Source: Candidatus Saccharimonadota bacterium | GTDB lineage: Archaea; Micrarchaeota; Micrarchaeia; Micrarchaeales; Micrarchaeaceae | DNA length: 32,000 nucleotides | Direction: 5' to 3' | Assembly: GCA_963705375.1 (NCBI GenBank) | Contig: OY970071.1 | Coordinates: 1,080,001 to 1,112,000 of the forward strand | In this document: positions 23,236-32,000 of the stretch, one piece after another | Position numbering within the stretch: position 1 is the first letter of the stretch | Layout of the letters: each line of letters starts with the position of its first letter | Made by a program: the position numbers and the translations under genes | The notes under the pieces: model-generated | Told to the model about the DNA's origin: nothing | Seen by the model: the letters and a program-made list of their open reading frames with translations, nothing else | Database searches by the model: none

Positions 23236-24855
23236 ATGACTGAAAAAACCGAAAGTACAAACCAATCTAGGTCTAATTTTGTTACTAACTTGACACATCA
23301 ATTAGAACAGAGCCACCAGATGCCTGCTCTGACTGGCAACGACTTAAAAAACACAAATTCAAGGATACAGATGTTATGCGATCATCTGGACTCACAAGCC
23401 CGTCAGCACCCTTCCTTTATCAAGGCGGAAACTAGAGATTGGGACAAAGATTGGGACCCTGAAAAAGCAAAAGGAGACTTCTTAGTATACAAGAAAGTAA
23501 TAAACGATCTAACGAAAATAAAGGATGGGCTGGAAAAGCAGCTGACATCTGAAGATTTAACTGAAATCAAGCTTGCGCTCAAAGTTCATGAGACATCCGC
23601 TAAGGTGGAAGAAACAGTGAAATCAATTGACAAGCTGGAGCGTGATATCCGGGCATTTGAGGATGAGAAGTTCGAAAGCCGGGAGAGGCGTGGGCGGTTC
23701 GGTGCGTTTACTAACACTCATTATACACACGCGCAAAACAGCGTCATCTTTCCCGAGTATCGCGAAATGAAAGCCACGAAAGTAGCGCTAGAAGCAAAGC
23801 TGCCTAAACAATTAGAGAGCGTAGACGATGCGGATCAAAAGCTTGCCGCTTTTAAAGATGCGCAAACATCCAAAAAATCAGGGCGTTCAAGCGATTACGG
23901 TGCGGAATTTATGCGTATCAAGTATGAGCAAGTATGTGATACAATCAAACTGGCTACAGGTGCAAAAACATTAGGCGATGCAAATACTGCATTGAGCAGG
24001 GCACATTATCTTCTGAATATGGATCATGAAGTGGCCGAGTCTGCGGTTGGGGCATTAAAGTTAGCTAGGTCGCTGGTTCTTATGGATGAGCTTGCCGTTA
24101 CAGAAGAAGCTATAGGAAACGCAGACAACCTCATAAAAGCGTCGATTCATGATGCGGATAAACTAGGAATTAGAATACAAATCGCTAGAGTAAATGCGGC
24201 ACGTGGGGCTGGCAAAAAACCACCAGAATCATTTGTCACTGCAAAAGACAATGCTGATGTGATGTCTGGGATTAAACCTGCGCCAGATGTGCTAAGTATT
24301 CATGGCGTGCTGGCTGATCTGAAGGAATCATCCAAGCATGCTTTGAAGGCCAGTACTGATGTCTGCAATGCGGTGTTTAAGAACGACGTTGCTGTTGTTA
24401 ATGAGCTTCTAAAGGATGTCGATGCGTCAAACAAAACTATCAGAAAAGATATGAACGGTAAAGACGTCGATGCATACTCGCTCGACCCGGTTAAGAATCC
24501 TATGATGGCCCTTGCTCGCGATCTGGAAGCTGCTAGAATCGCTGTAGATAGTGCCGTTGAATCTGAAGAGGTGGCTACCACGGTAATAGCTTCTGGCAAT
24601 AACGCGTACAAAGCGCTTGAAAAAGCCCTGGACGAGTTACTTGGTGCCTCTAAGCTGGTATCTGTAAAACTCTCTGAAGACCGTGATGTAACACAAAACG
24701 TGCCGAATCTTATCGAATATGATGCCAAATTTGAAACTAAGGTGAGCGAATTAGCAACAAATGCCCTTGTTCAACTTGGCGGTATGAATGCACGTGTTAA
24801 AGACATGGATGCCTGGGCTGATAGGCAAAAAGCGGCTGCAGGTGTCGGTACCTAA
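23236..24855 (+). CDS. Orphan large helical / coiled-coil-like protein (539 aa)
   Basis: ORF track. K/E/D/A-rich throughout, with no TM, signal peptide or catalytic motif. A TATAAATA box at 23195-23202 lies 34-41 nt upstream of the ATG. Confidence 0.65.
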   Translation: MTEKTESTNQSRSNFVTNLTHQLEQSHQMPALTGNDLKNTNSRIQMLCDHLDSQARQHPSFIKAETRDWDKDWDPEKAKGDFLVYKKVINDLTKIKDGLEKQLTSEDLTEIKLALKVHETSAKVEETVKSIDKLERDIRAFEDEKFESRERRGRFGAFTNTHYTHAQNSVIFPEYREMKATKVALEAKLPKQLESVDDADQKLAAFKDAQTSKKSGRSSDYGAEFMRIKYEQVCDTIKLATGAKTLGDANTALSRAHYLLNMDHEVAESAVGALKLARSLVLMDELAVTEEAIGNADNLIKASIHDADKLGIRIQIARVNAARGAGKKPPESFVTAKDNADVMSGIKPAPDVLSIHGVLADLKESSKHALKASTDVCNAVFKNDVAVVNELLKDVDASNKTIRKDMNGKDVDAYSLDPVKNPMMALARDLEAARIAVDSAVESEEVATTVIASGNNAYKALEKALDELLGASKLVSVKLSEDRDVTQNVPNLIEYDAKFETKVSELATNALVQLGGMNARVKDMDAWADRQKAAAGVGT

Positions 24856-24903
24856 GCGTATGACCCTGTTTCTGGCCGCATGTGGGCTGGCCTAGATACG
24901 TCA

Positions 24904-25527
24904 CTATGCACTCTCCCTGAGCTTCTTCTTTACGTGCTTAAGCGCCGAGAAGGTGTCCCTGTCGATCTCCTCTAGTCTCATGGATATGTACTTCGCCTGC
25001 TTTTCGAGTGCAGGTATGCGTATGTACGACAGCGCGTTGACTTGGCGCTTCACTTTCTCTACTGCAAGCACTAGCCTCTTCAGGCTCTGCTCCCTTTTAG
25101 CGGTCTCTATTATGGCGTCGAGCGCAAGCACGAATGAGTCGTGAACGTCGTCTGCTGCCATGCTGGCTGAAAGGACGCCGTATCCTCTCTCCTGTATGGG
25201 GGCGCTGGCGCTACTGTGCTCTATCTCTGGTATTTTCACGCCCATTATGTTTCTCTGCTCGATCTTCACCGGCGCAAGCTCCTTGACGCCGCTTGCGGTC
25301 CTCTCCATTTCGAGGTCGCCGACGTAAGCGATGCCGATGGACAGTGCTTTGTACGCGCTCTGTATTGCCTCCTGCATCTGCTCCCTGCCTTTTGTGGAGT
25401 CTTTGAGCAGCTTCAGGAATTCTCTTACAAGCACCTGCTGCTTGCTTGTGAGCAGCTCATGCCCTTTCCTGGCTATGACTATGCTCTTCTTCGTGTTTAT
25501 CAGGTTTATGCGCGTTGGGCTTATCAT
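24904..25527 (-). CDS. atpD: A-type ATP synthase subunit D
   Basis: 207 aa. The N-terminus MISPTRINLINTKKSIVIARKGHELL is typical of V/A-ATPase D, and it is the last gene of the operon after atpB. Confidence 0.9.
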   Translation of the reverse strand: MISPTRINLINTKKSIVIARKGHELLTSKQQVLVREFLKLLKDSTKGREQMQEAIQSAYKALSIGIAYVGDLEMERTASGVKELAPVKIEQRNIMGVKIPEIEHSSASAPIQERGYGVLSASMAADDVHDSFVLALDAIIETAKREQSLKRLVLAVEKVKRQVNALSYIRIPALEKQAKYISMRLEEIDRDTFSALKHVKKKLRESA

Positions 25528-25533
25528 TGCTCA

Positions 25534-26949
25534 TCACACTGTGGCTGTGGCCGTTTCCCTCTTCTTGTAGTACTTCGCGATATAGTCCTTCTTTATCCTG
25601 GTAAGCTCTTCTTTGTCAAACGCAGACAGAAGGTCCCAGCCTATGTCTAGAGAAGCTTCCACATCTCTGTTCTCGTATCTTCCCTGGTTTATGAACCTAG
25701 TTTCGAACTCCTCGCCGAACTTCAGCGAGCGCCTGTCTGCCGCGCTGAGAGCTTCGGCGCCAACAATGGCGCTGAGGTTTCTCGCTTCCAATGCCTTTGC
25801 ATATGCTCCTATCAGCTGGTCCGCAACTCCTCTGTGGTCCTCTCTTGTCTTGCCTGCGCCTATTCCATAGTTCATTAGCCTTGAGAGCGACTTCGAGCCT
25901 CTCGGGCTCGGGTTTATCGATGGATATATGCCCTTGTTCGACAGTTCCCTGTCAAGGAACATCTGCCCTTCTGTTATATACCCTGTAAGGTCTGGTATCG
26001 GGTGTGTGATATCGTCTGCAGGCATCGTGAGTATCGGAAGTTGCGTTATGCTGCCTCGCCGTCCTCCCAGAACACCAGCTCTCTCATATATGCTTGCAAA
26101 GTCCGTGTACATGTATCCTGGATATCCTCTACGTCCGGGCACCTCGTCTCTTGCACTGGAGACCTCTCGAAGCGCTTCTGCGTACATCGTCATGTCCGTC
26201 ATTATGACGAGCACGTGCATGTGCTTCTCAAACGCAAGGAACTCTGCAGTCGTAAGCGCAAGTCTTGAAGTCATGATCCTTTCCACACTAGGGTCGCTCG
26301 CGTAGTTTATGAAAGCGACTGTCCTGCTAAGCGCTCCGGAGCTCTCAAAATCCTTCATGAAGAATCTGGCGTCCTCTTGCAATATTCCTATGCCTGCGAA
26401 CACCACTGCAAAAGACTCTTCCCTGCCACCACGTACCTTTGCCTGCCTTGTTATCTGTGCGGCAAGCTCGTTGTGGTCGAGTCCGGCAGCGGAGAATATC
26501 GGGAGCTTCTGGCCTCTGACCAGCGTGTACAAGCAGTCTATCGATGATATGCCTGTCTGGATGAAGTCACCTGGCATGGCACGCGCGACGGGGTTTATGG
26601 GCTCGCCGTTTATGTCTCTCTTCTCTTCAGGGATTATGTCCGAAAGGCCATCCTTGGGCTTGCCCTTGCCGTCAAACACCCTGCCCAGCATGTCCTCAGA
26701 AACGCCGATGCGCATCGTTTCGCCAAGGAAACTGACAGAGGTGTCGCTGATGTTAAGGCCTTCAGTCAGTCCGAAGACCTGGACTATCGCCTTGCCCGCG
26801 CTGCTCTCCAGCACCTGGCCGAGCACAGACTCGCCGTTCTGCAGATTGATGCGCACTATCTCGTTGTAGGCTGCGTGCCGCACCTTCTCTACAATGACCA
26901 GCGGTCCTCTGATGCTGTTTATTGTCTTGTACTCTATTGCGAAGTTCAT
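25534..26949 (-). CDS. atpB: A-type ATP synthase subunit B (non-catalytic)
   Basis: 471 aa. [15 protein letters not shown], the degenerate P-loop region SAAGLDHNE, and [22 protein letters not shown]. It overlaps the atpA stop by 4 nt. Confidence 0.95.
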   Translation of the reverse strand: MNFAIEYKTINSIRGPLVIVEKVRHAAYNEIVRINLQNGESVLGQVLESSAGKAIVQVFGLTEGLNISDTSVSFLGETMRIGVSEDMLGRVFDGKGKPKDGLSDIIPEEKRDINGEPINPVARAMPGDFIQTGISSIDCLYTLVRGQKLPIFSAAGLDHNELAAQITRQAKVRGGREESFAVVFAGIGILQEDARFFMKDFESSGALSRTVAFINYASDPSVERIMTSRLALTTAEFLAFEKHMHVLVIMTDMTMYAEALREVSSARDEVPGRRGYPGYMYTDFASIYERAGVLGGRRGSITQLPILTMPADDITHPIPDLTGYITEGQMFLDRELSNKGIYPSINPSPRGSKSLSRLMNYGIGAGKTREDHRGVADQLIGAYAKALEARNLSAIVGAEALSAADRRSLKFGEEFETRFINQGRYENRDVEASLDIGWDLLSAFDKEELTRIKKDYIAKYYKKRETATATV

Positions 26950-28712
26950 GCATACACCTCCTTCTTCATCAGCGCGTCGATCTCCTCGATGGCGCTTCTC
27001 TTGATTTCTGATACCTCTTTCTCCATGTCCTGATCGCTCACCTCTTTCATTCTTGAGATCCTTGCCCTTGCCTTTATAGTCATGAGGCTGTCCATCCTGA
27101 CTCCCGCCTCAAGGGCGCTGTTGGTCCTGGTATGGAAGTCGAGTATCGTTTCAAGCATCAGGTACTGCTTCTTCAGGCTAGAATACGCATCTGCCGGATC
27201 GAATGCGCTCTGCCTGAGGAAGTCCTCTTTGAGGACTCTTCCCGCGTCGAGCACCAGCTTCTCGCTGTCAGGCAGCGCATCTTCGCCTACGAGCTGCACT
27301 ATGTCCTTGAGCTCTGCCTCTCTTTGAAGGATCTTCATTGCGGCATCTCTAGCGGCTGTGAAGCCTGGAGCGATGTTCATGTTGTACCACTTGTTGAGCG
27401 CACCTTTGTATCGCGAGTAGCTGTTCAGCCAGTTTATTGCAGGGTACTGGCTTGCGCTTGCAAGCGTAGCATCAAGCGCCCAGTAAACCTTAACGACACG
27501 GAGCGTTCCTTGCGATACTGGTTCGGATATGTCTCCTCCGGCAGGTGAAACTGCACCTATGGCGCTGACCGAACCTATCCTGTCTCCAAGCGTCTTCACC
27601 CTGCCTGCGCGCTCATAAAACTCTGCGATTTTCTTAGAGAGGTATGGTGGATAGCCCTCCTCTCCTGGCATCTCTTCGAGCCTTGCAGATATCTCTCTAA
27701 GTGCCTCTGCCCATCTTGAAGTGGAGTCTGCCATGAGCGCAACGTCGTAGCCCATGTCCCTGAAATATTCTGCGATCGTTATGCCTGTGTAGATGCTTGC
27801 CTCTCTTGCTGCTACTGGCATGTTGCTTGTGTTTGCCACCAGTACTGTCCTTTCCATTAACGGCCTGCCGTTCTTCGGGTCCTTCAGTTCTGGGAACTCT
27901 GTCAGGACCTCTGTCATCTCGTTTCCCCTTTCGCCGCAACCCACATACACTATGATGTCGCTGTCCGCATATTTTGCGATGCTGTGCAGTGTTACGGTCT
28001 TTCCTGCTCCGAATGGTCCGGGTATTGTTGCCACTCCTCCCTTCACAAGCGGGAAGAGCGTGTCTATAAGTCGCATTCCGGTTATGAGCGGCTGTGATCC
28101 CTCCAGCTTCTCCTTGCAGGGCGATGGCGTTCTTACCGCTCTTCTCTGTATCATTGTGAGCTCTAGCACCTCTCCCTTCTTTGTCTTGAGCGTAGCTATC
28201 GTGTCTGTCACCTTGTGGTTGCCTTCGCGTATCTCGATGAGCTCGCCGTTCATGCCGGATGGCACCATTATGTAGTGCTTTATCAACGGCATCTCCTGCA
28301 CGTACCCAAGTATTGTGCCCTCGCCGATATGCATGCCTCTCTTAAGCTCTTGGTTTGCAACAAAATTCCAGCGCTTGTCCCTGTCTATTGATGCGACCTC
28401 CACTCCGCGCCGTATGAACACGCCGGTCTCTTCCTTTATAATGTCAAGCGGGCGCTGTACGCCATCATAAACAGAGTTCAGCAGGCCAGGGCCAAGTTCA
28501 ACATACATGCGTCTGCCCTTGCTTTCTACCGGGTCTCCAGGGACTATTCCGCTTGTGTCCTCGTACACCTGTATCGTGGCGCTGTCTCCTCTGAGCTGTA
28601 TGATTTCGCCTATGAGCTTGCTCTTGCCTACGCGCACGACATCGTACATGCTGGTGCCGTGCATGTCCCCTGCAACAACCAATGGTCCTGCTATTCTACT
28701 TACGTAACCCAT
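26946..28712 (-). CDS. atpA: A-type ATP synthase catalytic subunit A
   Basis: 588 aa. Walker A GPFGAGKT, then [15 protein letters not shown] and [10 protein letters not shown]. The length shows no intein. Confidence 0.95.
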   Translation of the reverse strand: MGYVSRIAGPLVVAGDMHGTSMYDVVRVGKSKLIGEIIQLRGDSATIQVYEDTSGIVPGDPVESKGRRMYVELGPGLLNSVYDGVQRPLDIIKEETGVFIRRGVEVASIDRDKRWNFVANQELKRGMHIGEGTILGYVQEMPLIKHYIMVPSGMNGELIEIREGNHKVTDTIATLKTKKGEVLELTMIQRRAVRTPSPCKEKLEGSQPLITGMRLIDTLFPLVKGGVATIPGPFGAGKTVTLHSIAKYADSDIIVYVGCGERGNEMTEVLTEFPELKDPKNGRPLMERTVLVANTSNMPVAAREASIYTGITIAEYFRDMGYDVALMADSTSRWAEALREISARLEEMPGEEGYPPYLSKKIAEFYERAGRVKTLGDRIGSVSAIGAVSPAGGDISEPVSQGTLRVVKVYWALDATLASASQYPAINWLNSYSRYKGALNKWYNMNIAPGFTAARDAAMKILQREAELKDIVQLVGEDALPDSEKLVLDAGRVLKEDFLRQSAFDPADAYSSLKKQYLMLETILDFHTRTNSALEAGVRMDSLMTIKARARISRMKEVSDQDMEKEVSEIKRSAIEEIDALMKKEVYA

Positions 28713-28716
28713 AATA

Positions 28717-29037
28717 TCACTTCTTCGTTATATCTATTCCAATAGCCCTGATTATGAGGTTCCTTAGCACGTCCGTTTTCACCTCTTCTTTGTATGAAGG
28801 TACTGGAACAAACATCGGCATTATGCTTGATTCTATCATATTATGCAATTTTCTGTTTGTGATTTCTTTCACTAGCCTTTCCGCTATGACGATTATGCCT
28901 ATCTCGTGGTCTTCAAGCAGCGTCCTTACTGCTTTCTCTGCTTCCTCGCCGTTCTTTACGATAAATGTGCTCTTGATTCCTACGAATGCAAGGCCTGTGC
29001 TGAGCAGCGCGTCTCCTACTATGCCTATTTTCTTCAT
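28717..29037 (-). CDS. atpF: A-type ATP synthase subunit F
   Basis: About 106 aa. MKKIGIVGD...GFxxxG-type N-terminus and its position between atpC and atpA. ATG 29037 is preferred over GTG 29052, which would overlap atpC. Confidence 0.85.
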   Translation of the reverse strand: MKKIGIVGDALLSTGLAFVGIKSTFIVKNGEEAEKAVRTLLEDHEIGIIVIAERLVKEITNRKLHNMIESSIMPMFVPVPSYKEEVKTDVLRNLIIRAIGIDITKK

Positions 29038-29039
29038 AT

Positions 29040-30107
29040 TCACTTGTTCCACGCTATCAGCTCCTTTACCTCGTCTTCTGAAAGGCCGTGTTGCTTGCCT
29101 TCCACAAGCGTCCTCAATGCCAGGACTTCCATCTCCTTTATGTAAGCGTAACCTGCAAGCGTTCCGAAAGAGAGCATGCTGTACTTCAGCAGGTGCATCG
29201 CGGTCCTGAAAAGCGAGTTGCGCATAGTGATCTCAAAATGCAGCATCTGAGTGTCCTTGCTCTTATGGTAGCGTGCTAGCGCTTCGTTAAGATCGAAGCT
29301 ACTGATGCCGGCAACTATGTCGTCTATGCTCTTCGAACTCTTGAACAGTGTCTTGAGTCTGCTTGCGGCCATCCTGCCGCCGCTTATCAGCGCAGCTGAA
29401 ACTTCCTGTTCTGTAAGGCTGTAGCGCTTTGCCCGCAACAGCGTGAGCACGTTCTTCATATCTATCTCTCTTTTCAGGAGTGCTGCTGACTCCGGGCTGG
29501 TCTTATTGAGAAGGTCCATGTATTTCGAAAGCATCGCGTAGAACCGTCTGTCTATCTCGTTCTCGATGTCGAGCACGTTGCTGCTTTCTTGGTATTTTGC
29601 AACCGCGCGGCTGAGCAGCTCCTTTTGTGCGGTGACCCCTGCTATCCTTGCTGCAAACGATTTGACATCGTGCCCCATCATGAACGCCTCTCTCATAGAG
29701 GCTTTGCGCATGCGCTCTGTTTCTACAAGGTAACGCTCTATGTCCTCAAAACGCCTCTGCTTCGCCTTCGCGTCTATCATGAGCTTGATGTTGCTTATCT
29801 CAAACTTGCTTATGAACAGCAGTATGAGCTTCTTTGCCGGAGCGGGCGTGACCCTTTCCAGTCTTGAGAGGTTCCTTGCGAGATCGCTGCTGAGTGCGAA
29901 ATCCACAAGCTCTCCTCTGATCTGCGCACCGCCATACTCCTCTATGCTCTTGACATAGCTTGTCTGCAGCAGTCTTGCGAGCATGGTCTCCGTGCTCCCC
30001 ATCCTGGCTATCTCGTCCATCATGCTTCTCGGAAGCAGTCTGGACTCCATCGCCTTTACTCTGGCATTGGAGTACGCGTAAAGAGCGGTATCGCCGTATC
30101 GTGCCAT
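29040..30107 (-). CDS. atpC: A-type ATP synthase subunit C (eukaryotic d-like)
   Basis: 355 aa all-helical protein. The N-terminus YAYSNARVKAMESRLL is characteristic, and it sits between atpE and atpF. Confidence 0.9.
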   Translation of the reverse strand: MARYGDTALYAYSNARVKAMESRLLPRSMMDEIARMGSTETMLARLLQTSYVKSIEEYGGAQIRGELVDFALSSDLARNLSRLERVTPAPAKKLILLFISKFEISNIKLMIDAKAKQRRFEDIERYLVETERMRKASMREAFMMGHDVKSFAARIAGVTAQKELLSRAVAKYQESSNVLDIENEIDRRFYAMLSKYMDLLNKTSPESAALLKREIDMKNVLTLLRAKRYSLTEQEVSAALISGGRMAASRLKTLFKSSKSIDDIVAGISSFDLNEALARYHKSKDTQMLHFEITMRNSLFRTAMHLLKYSMLSFGTLAGYAYIKEMEVLALRTLVEGKQHGLSEDEVKELIAWNK

Positions 30108-30110
30108 GCT

Positions 30111-30785
30111 TCATCTCGCCTTCTTGCTTGTCGCTCTCTTACTGCTCTTTTTTGCGCTCTTGGCGACTCTCTTTGCGGCTCTTTTGACCGGTACTTGCAC
30201 ACTCTCTGCGTTTGGCGTTCTCTTGCCTTCCCTGACCTCAGATATCACTGCCTTTCTTACGTACTCGATCGAGGCGTCTACCAGCTTGTCCACTGTCGCG
30301 TCTATCTTTATGCTGCCGTCCCTGGTGCTAATCATGAGCCCATCAATGTTCGCAAACTCTACGTGTGCGCCAGAATTCCTGACGAAGCGCTCATCTCTTT
30401 TGTTGACTTTCACCAAAAGCTCGTTTACCGGCGCTATCTCAAGGGCCCTCTTCAAAGCATCTTTGAAGAGCTTGGCGTAGAGGTCGCTCTTTATGATTCT
30501 GCTTGCAAGCCCGTTCACTATGTCCTTAGACTCGCGCATCACATATGCATCTGCGGCTTCAAGCCTGCACAGCTGCGTAGCGCGCACAATCTCAGAATTC
30601 TGCTCCTGCCTCATGTGCGCTATCTCGTCGGCGGTCTCTTTCTCGAAATCTCTCTCGACGTCCCTCGCTTTCTGGTATGCTTCGTCGAGTATCTTCTTCG
30701 TTTCGGACATCGCCGAACTGTGTATGCTTTCAGCTTCGCTCTTTGCGCCCGCCTCTATGCTAAGTTTTATCCCGTCCAAAGACAT
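30111..30785 (-). CDS. atpE: A-type ATP synthase subunit E (peripheral stalk) with an unusual K/R-rich C-terminal tail
   Basis: Long N-terminal helix (LDGIKLSIEAGAKSEAESI...) plus a C-terminal globular part, positioned after atpK. ATG 30785 is preferred over TTG 30821. In the last 40 aa, 15 residues are K or R. Confidence 0.8.
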   Translation of the reverse strand: MSLDGIKLSIEAGAKSEAESIHSSAMSETKKILDEAYQKARDVERDFEKETADEIAHMRQEQNSEIVRATQLCRLEAADAYVMRESKDIVNGLASRIIKSDLYAKLFKDALKRALEIAPVNELLVKVNKRDERFVRNSGAHVEFANIDGLMISTRDGSIKIDATVDKLVDASIEYVRKAVISEVREGKRTPNAESVQVPVKRAAKRVAKSAKKSSKRATSKKAR

Positions 30786-30801
30786 TTGCTCGCCCCGGCG
30801 T

Positions 30802-31038
30802 TCATATGAACTTTGCGCCAAGCAGTATGATTATCGCGACCACAAAGCCGAATATCAGCAAGGTCTCTGGTATTACAAGAAACAGCAGTGCAGTTCCGAT
30901 CTGGTCTGGCTTCTCAGCCAGCAGTCCAATGCCTGCGCTTCCTACTGCGCCCTGTACTATACCTGTGCCTATCGCGCCGCCGGTTATTGCCAATCCGGCT
31001 CCTATTGCTGCAATAGCAGCAGCCATATCTATAGTCAT
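30802..31038 (-). CDS. atpK: A-type ATP synthase proteolipid subunit K (c subunit, single hairpin)
   Basis: 78 aa. Two Gly/Ala-rich TM helices (IGAGLAITGGAIGTGIVQGAVG) and the ion-binding Glu in VIPETLLIFG. Confidence 0.9.
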   Translation of the reverse strand: MTIDMAAAIAAIGAGLAITGGAIGTGIVQGAVGSAGIGLLAEKPDQIGTALLFLVIPETLLIFGFVVAIIILLGAKFI

Positions 31039-31042
31039 TATC

Positions 31043-32000
31043 TCATTCCTTAGTGTATCGTCTTGTGAAATGATACGGAGAGAACTTTTCCCCGCCGCCA
31101 GTGTAGAACTTGGTGAAAAACTCTACGAAGTTGAGCCTCGTTGCTTGCACCATGCCCTCGAAGATTGAGAGCAGCATGTTCATGGAGTGCAGCAGCACGA
31201 ACAGCGCAGCAACCACCACAAACATTATGACTCCGACAATGCTGCCTGTGAATGTGGGCGTGAACGCCTTGTCTATAAGTGCTGCCAGTATTATGCTTGC
31301 AAGTCCGAAACCGAATATTCGCGTGTAGCTCAGTGGTTGCGAGACAAGGCTCATGAACTCTACTGCCTCGATTCCGCTCAAAGCAACTGTCACAACCGAA
31401 GAGACAATCGCCACTATTGCTGCCGGCATCGCATAGCTGCTCATGTAACCGAACAGGCCTCCTGCTATTGCGATGGTTCCTGTGACTACAACGATTATGG
31501 ATGTTATCTTGGTTATTGCCAACTTGTACTCATGGTGCCTGTATTTGTTGACGAACCCTATCGCAAGGCCGATGATCACCTGTGCTATGCCCATCAGTAT
31601 TGTGATCGCGATCAGGGCAGGCACGTTGTTGGTCCAGTCAAAGATCATGATCTTGTTGAATGGCGCAAGCGTGAAACCGAAGAACTGGTTGGATAGGATC
31701 CCAAATATCATGATCGGCACTGACGCTAACTGCCACACCTTGGCCACGCTGTTCAGCAGTCCCTCTTCAGGGAACTTCTTGATAAGCACTGTAGCGAATA
31801 TGAGCGACAGCACACCATAGCCAAAGTCGCTGACCATCATTCCGTAGAATATGACGAACGACGCAATGAACAGCCATGTCGGATCGATCTCGTCGCTCCT
31901 TGGCAACGAATAGAACCCTACAAGATAGTCGAACGGGCTGAACGCCTTTGGCCTGCTCATCATCGTTGGCTCCACCTCGCCGTCGTTAACCTCTTCAAGG
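31043..32000 (-). CDS. atpI: A-type ATP synthase subunit I (a subunit), C-terminal membrane part; truncated by the window edge
   Basis: The polytopic membrane sequence ends in ...VQATRLNFVEFFTKFYTGGG.KF.P, the conserved Arg region of a/I subunits. The frame stays open upstream of the ORF-track GTG at 31975 through position 32000. Confidence 0.85.
   Translation of the reverse strand, partial: LEEVNDGEVEPTMMSRPKAFSPFDYLVGFYSLPRSDEIDPTWLFIASFVIFYGMMVSDFGYGVLSLIFATVLIKKFPEEGLLNSVAKVWQLASVPIMIFGILSNQFFGFTLAPFNKIMIFDWTNNVPALIAITILMGIAQVIIGLAIGFVNKYRHHEYKLAITKITSIIVVVTGTIAIAGGLFGYMSSYAMPAAIVAIVSSVVTVALSGIEAVEFMSLVSQPLSYTRIFGFGLASIILAALIDKAFTPTFTGSIVGVIMFVVVAALFVLLHSMNMLLSIFEGMVQATRLNFVEFFTKFYTGGGEKFSPYHFTRRYTKE

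Noticed and set aside
30195-30809. 204-aa plus-strand ORF antisense to atpE; similar antisense frames at 10916-11539, 18441-19025 and 24300-24728
   Set aside because: Each is fully contained in a well-supported gene on the opposite strand and has a skewed, low-complexity composition typical of antisense frames.
1-32000. CRISPR arrays, rRNA genes, additional tRNAs, and inteins in atpA/atpB/rfcL
   Set aside because: I saw no regularly spaced direct repeats, no rRNA-like segments, and no second T-arm signature (GGTTCRAATCC or its complement) by eye. AtpA (588 aa), AtpB (471 aa) and RfcL (412 aa) have normal lengths. A scan by eye can miss divergent tRNAs, so tRNAscan-SE should confirm.

Overview
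This is an archaeal chromosomal window, roughly 90% coding, with convergent genes ending 1 nt apart or overlapping. All family assignments come from motifs read by eye, with no database search. The core genes are clearly archaeal. They include an A1AO ATP synthase operon (I-K-E-C-F-A-B-D, minus strand, 24.9-32.0 kb, atpI cut by the window edge), an HMf-type histone, the RFC large subunit and a GAN/RecJ-like DHH nuclease. Also present are endonuclease IV, a single-domain KaiC-like ATPase, a GNAT acetyltransferase and an XRE-type regulator. A lipid-carrier/glycosylation cluster is present too: cis-prenyltransferase UppS, a DUF2070-like membrane protein, a dolichol-kinase-family protein and a GT-C-like glycosyltransferase, with an AglH/WecA-type GT4 phosphotransferase nearby. 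Lineage cannot be fixed from sequence alone; a small-genome archaeon, DPANN/Micrarchaeota-like or Thermoplasmatota-like, is only a guess. There are three accessory regions. (1) 1-2.5 kb is the end of an integrated element at tRNA-Arg(GCG), with a tyrosine integrase carrying a C-terminal zinc ribbon, an AbrB-like gene, and a 46-aa RHH gene missing from the ORF track. (2) 13.3-15.1 kb holds a KaiC-like ATPase gene, then a 20-cysteine, 14-sequon repeat protein that overlaps the GAN gene. (3) 19.4-24.9 kb is an AT-rich island of four or five orphan helical proteins in two divergent arms. Its central intergenic region carries an intact IS481-like IS (12-bp TSD) next to a 267-bp MITE-like element, both in the same CCTGGTT target. 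Other oddities are basic C-terminal tails on the histone and on AtpE, a 0.5-kb ORF-free gap with GTTCAG/CTGAAC repeats, and twin 10-bp palindromes around an island promoter. I found no CRISPR array, rRNA or intein. The best candidates for something undescribed are the orphan island and the KaiC-like/Cys-repeat module, but no function can be derived for either from the sequence alone.
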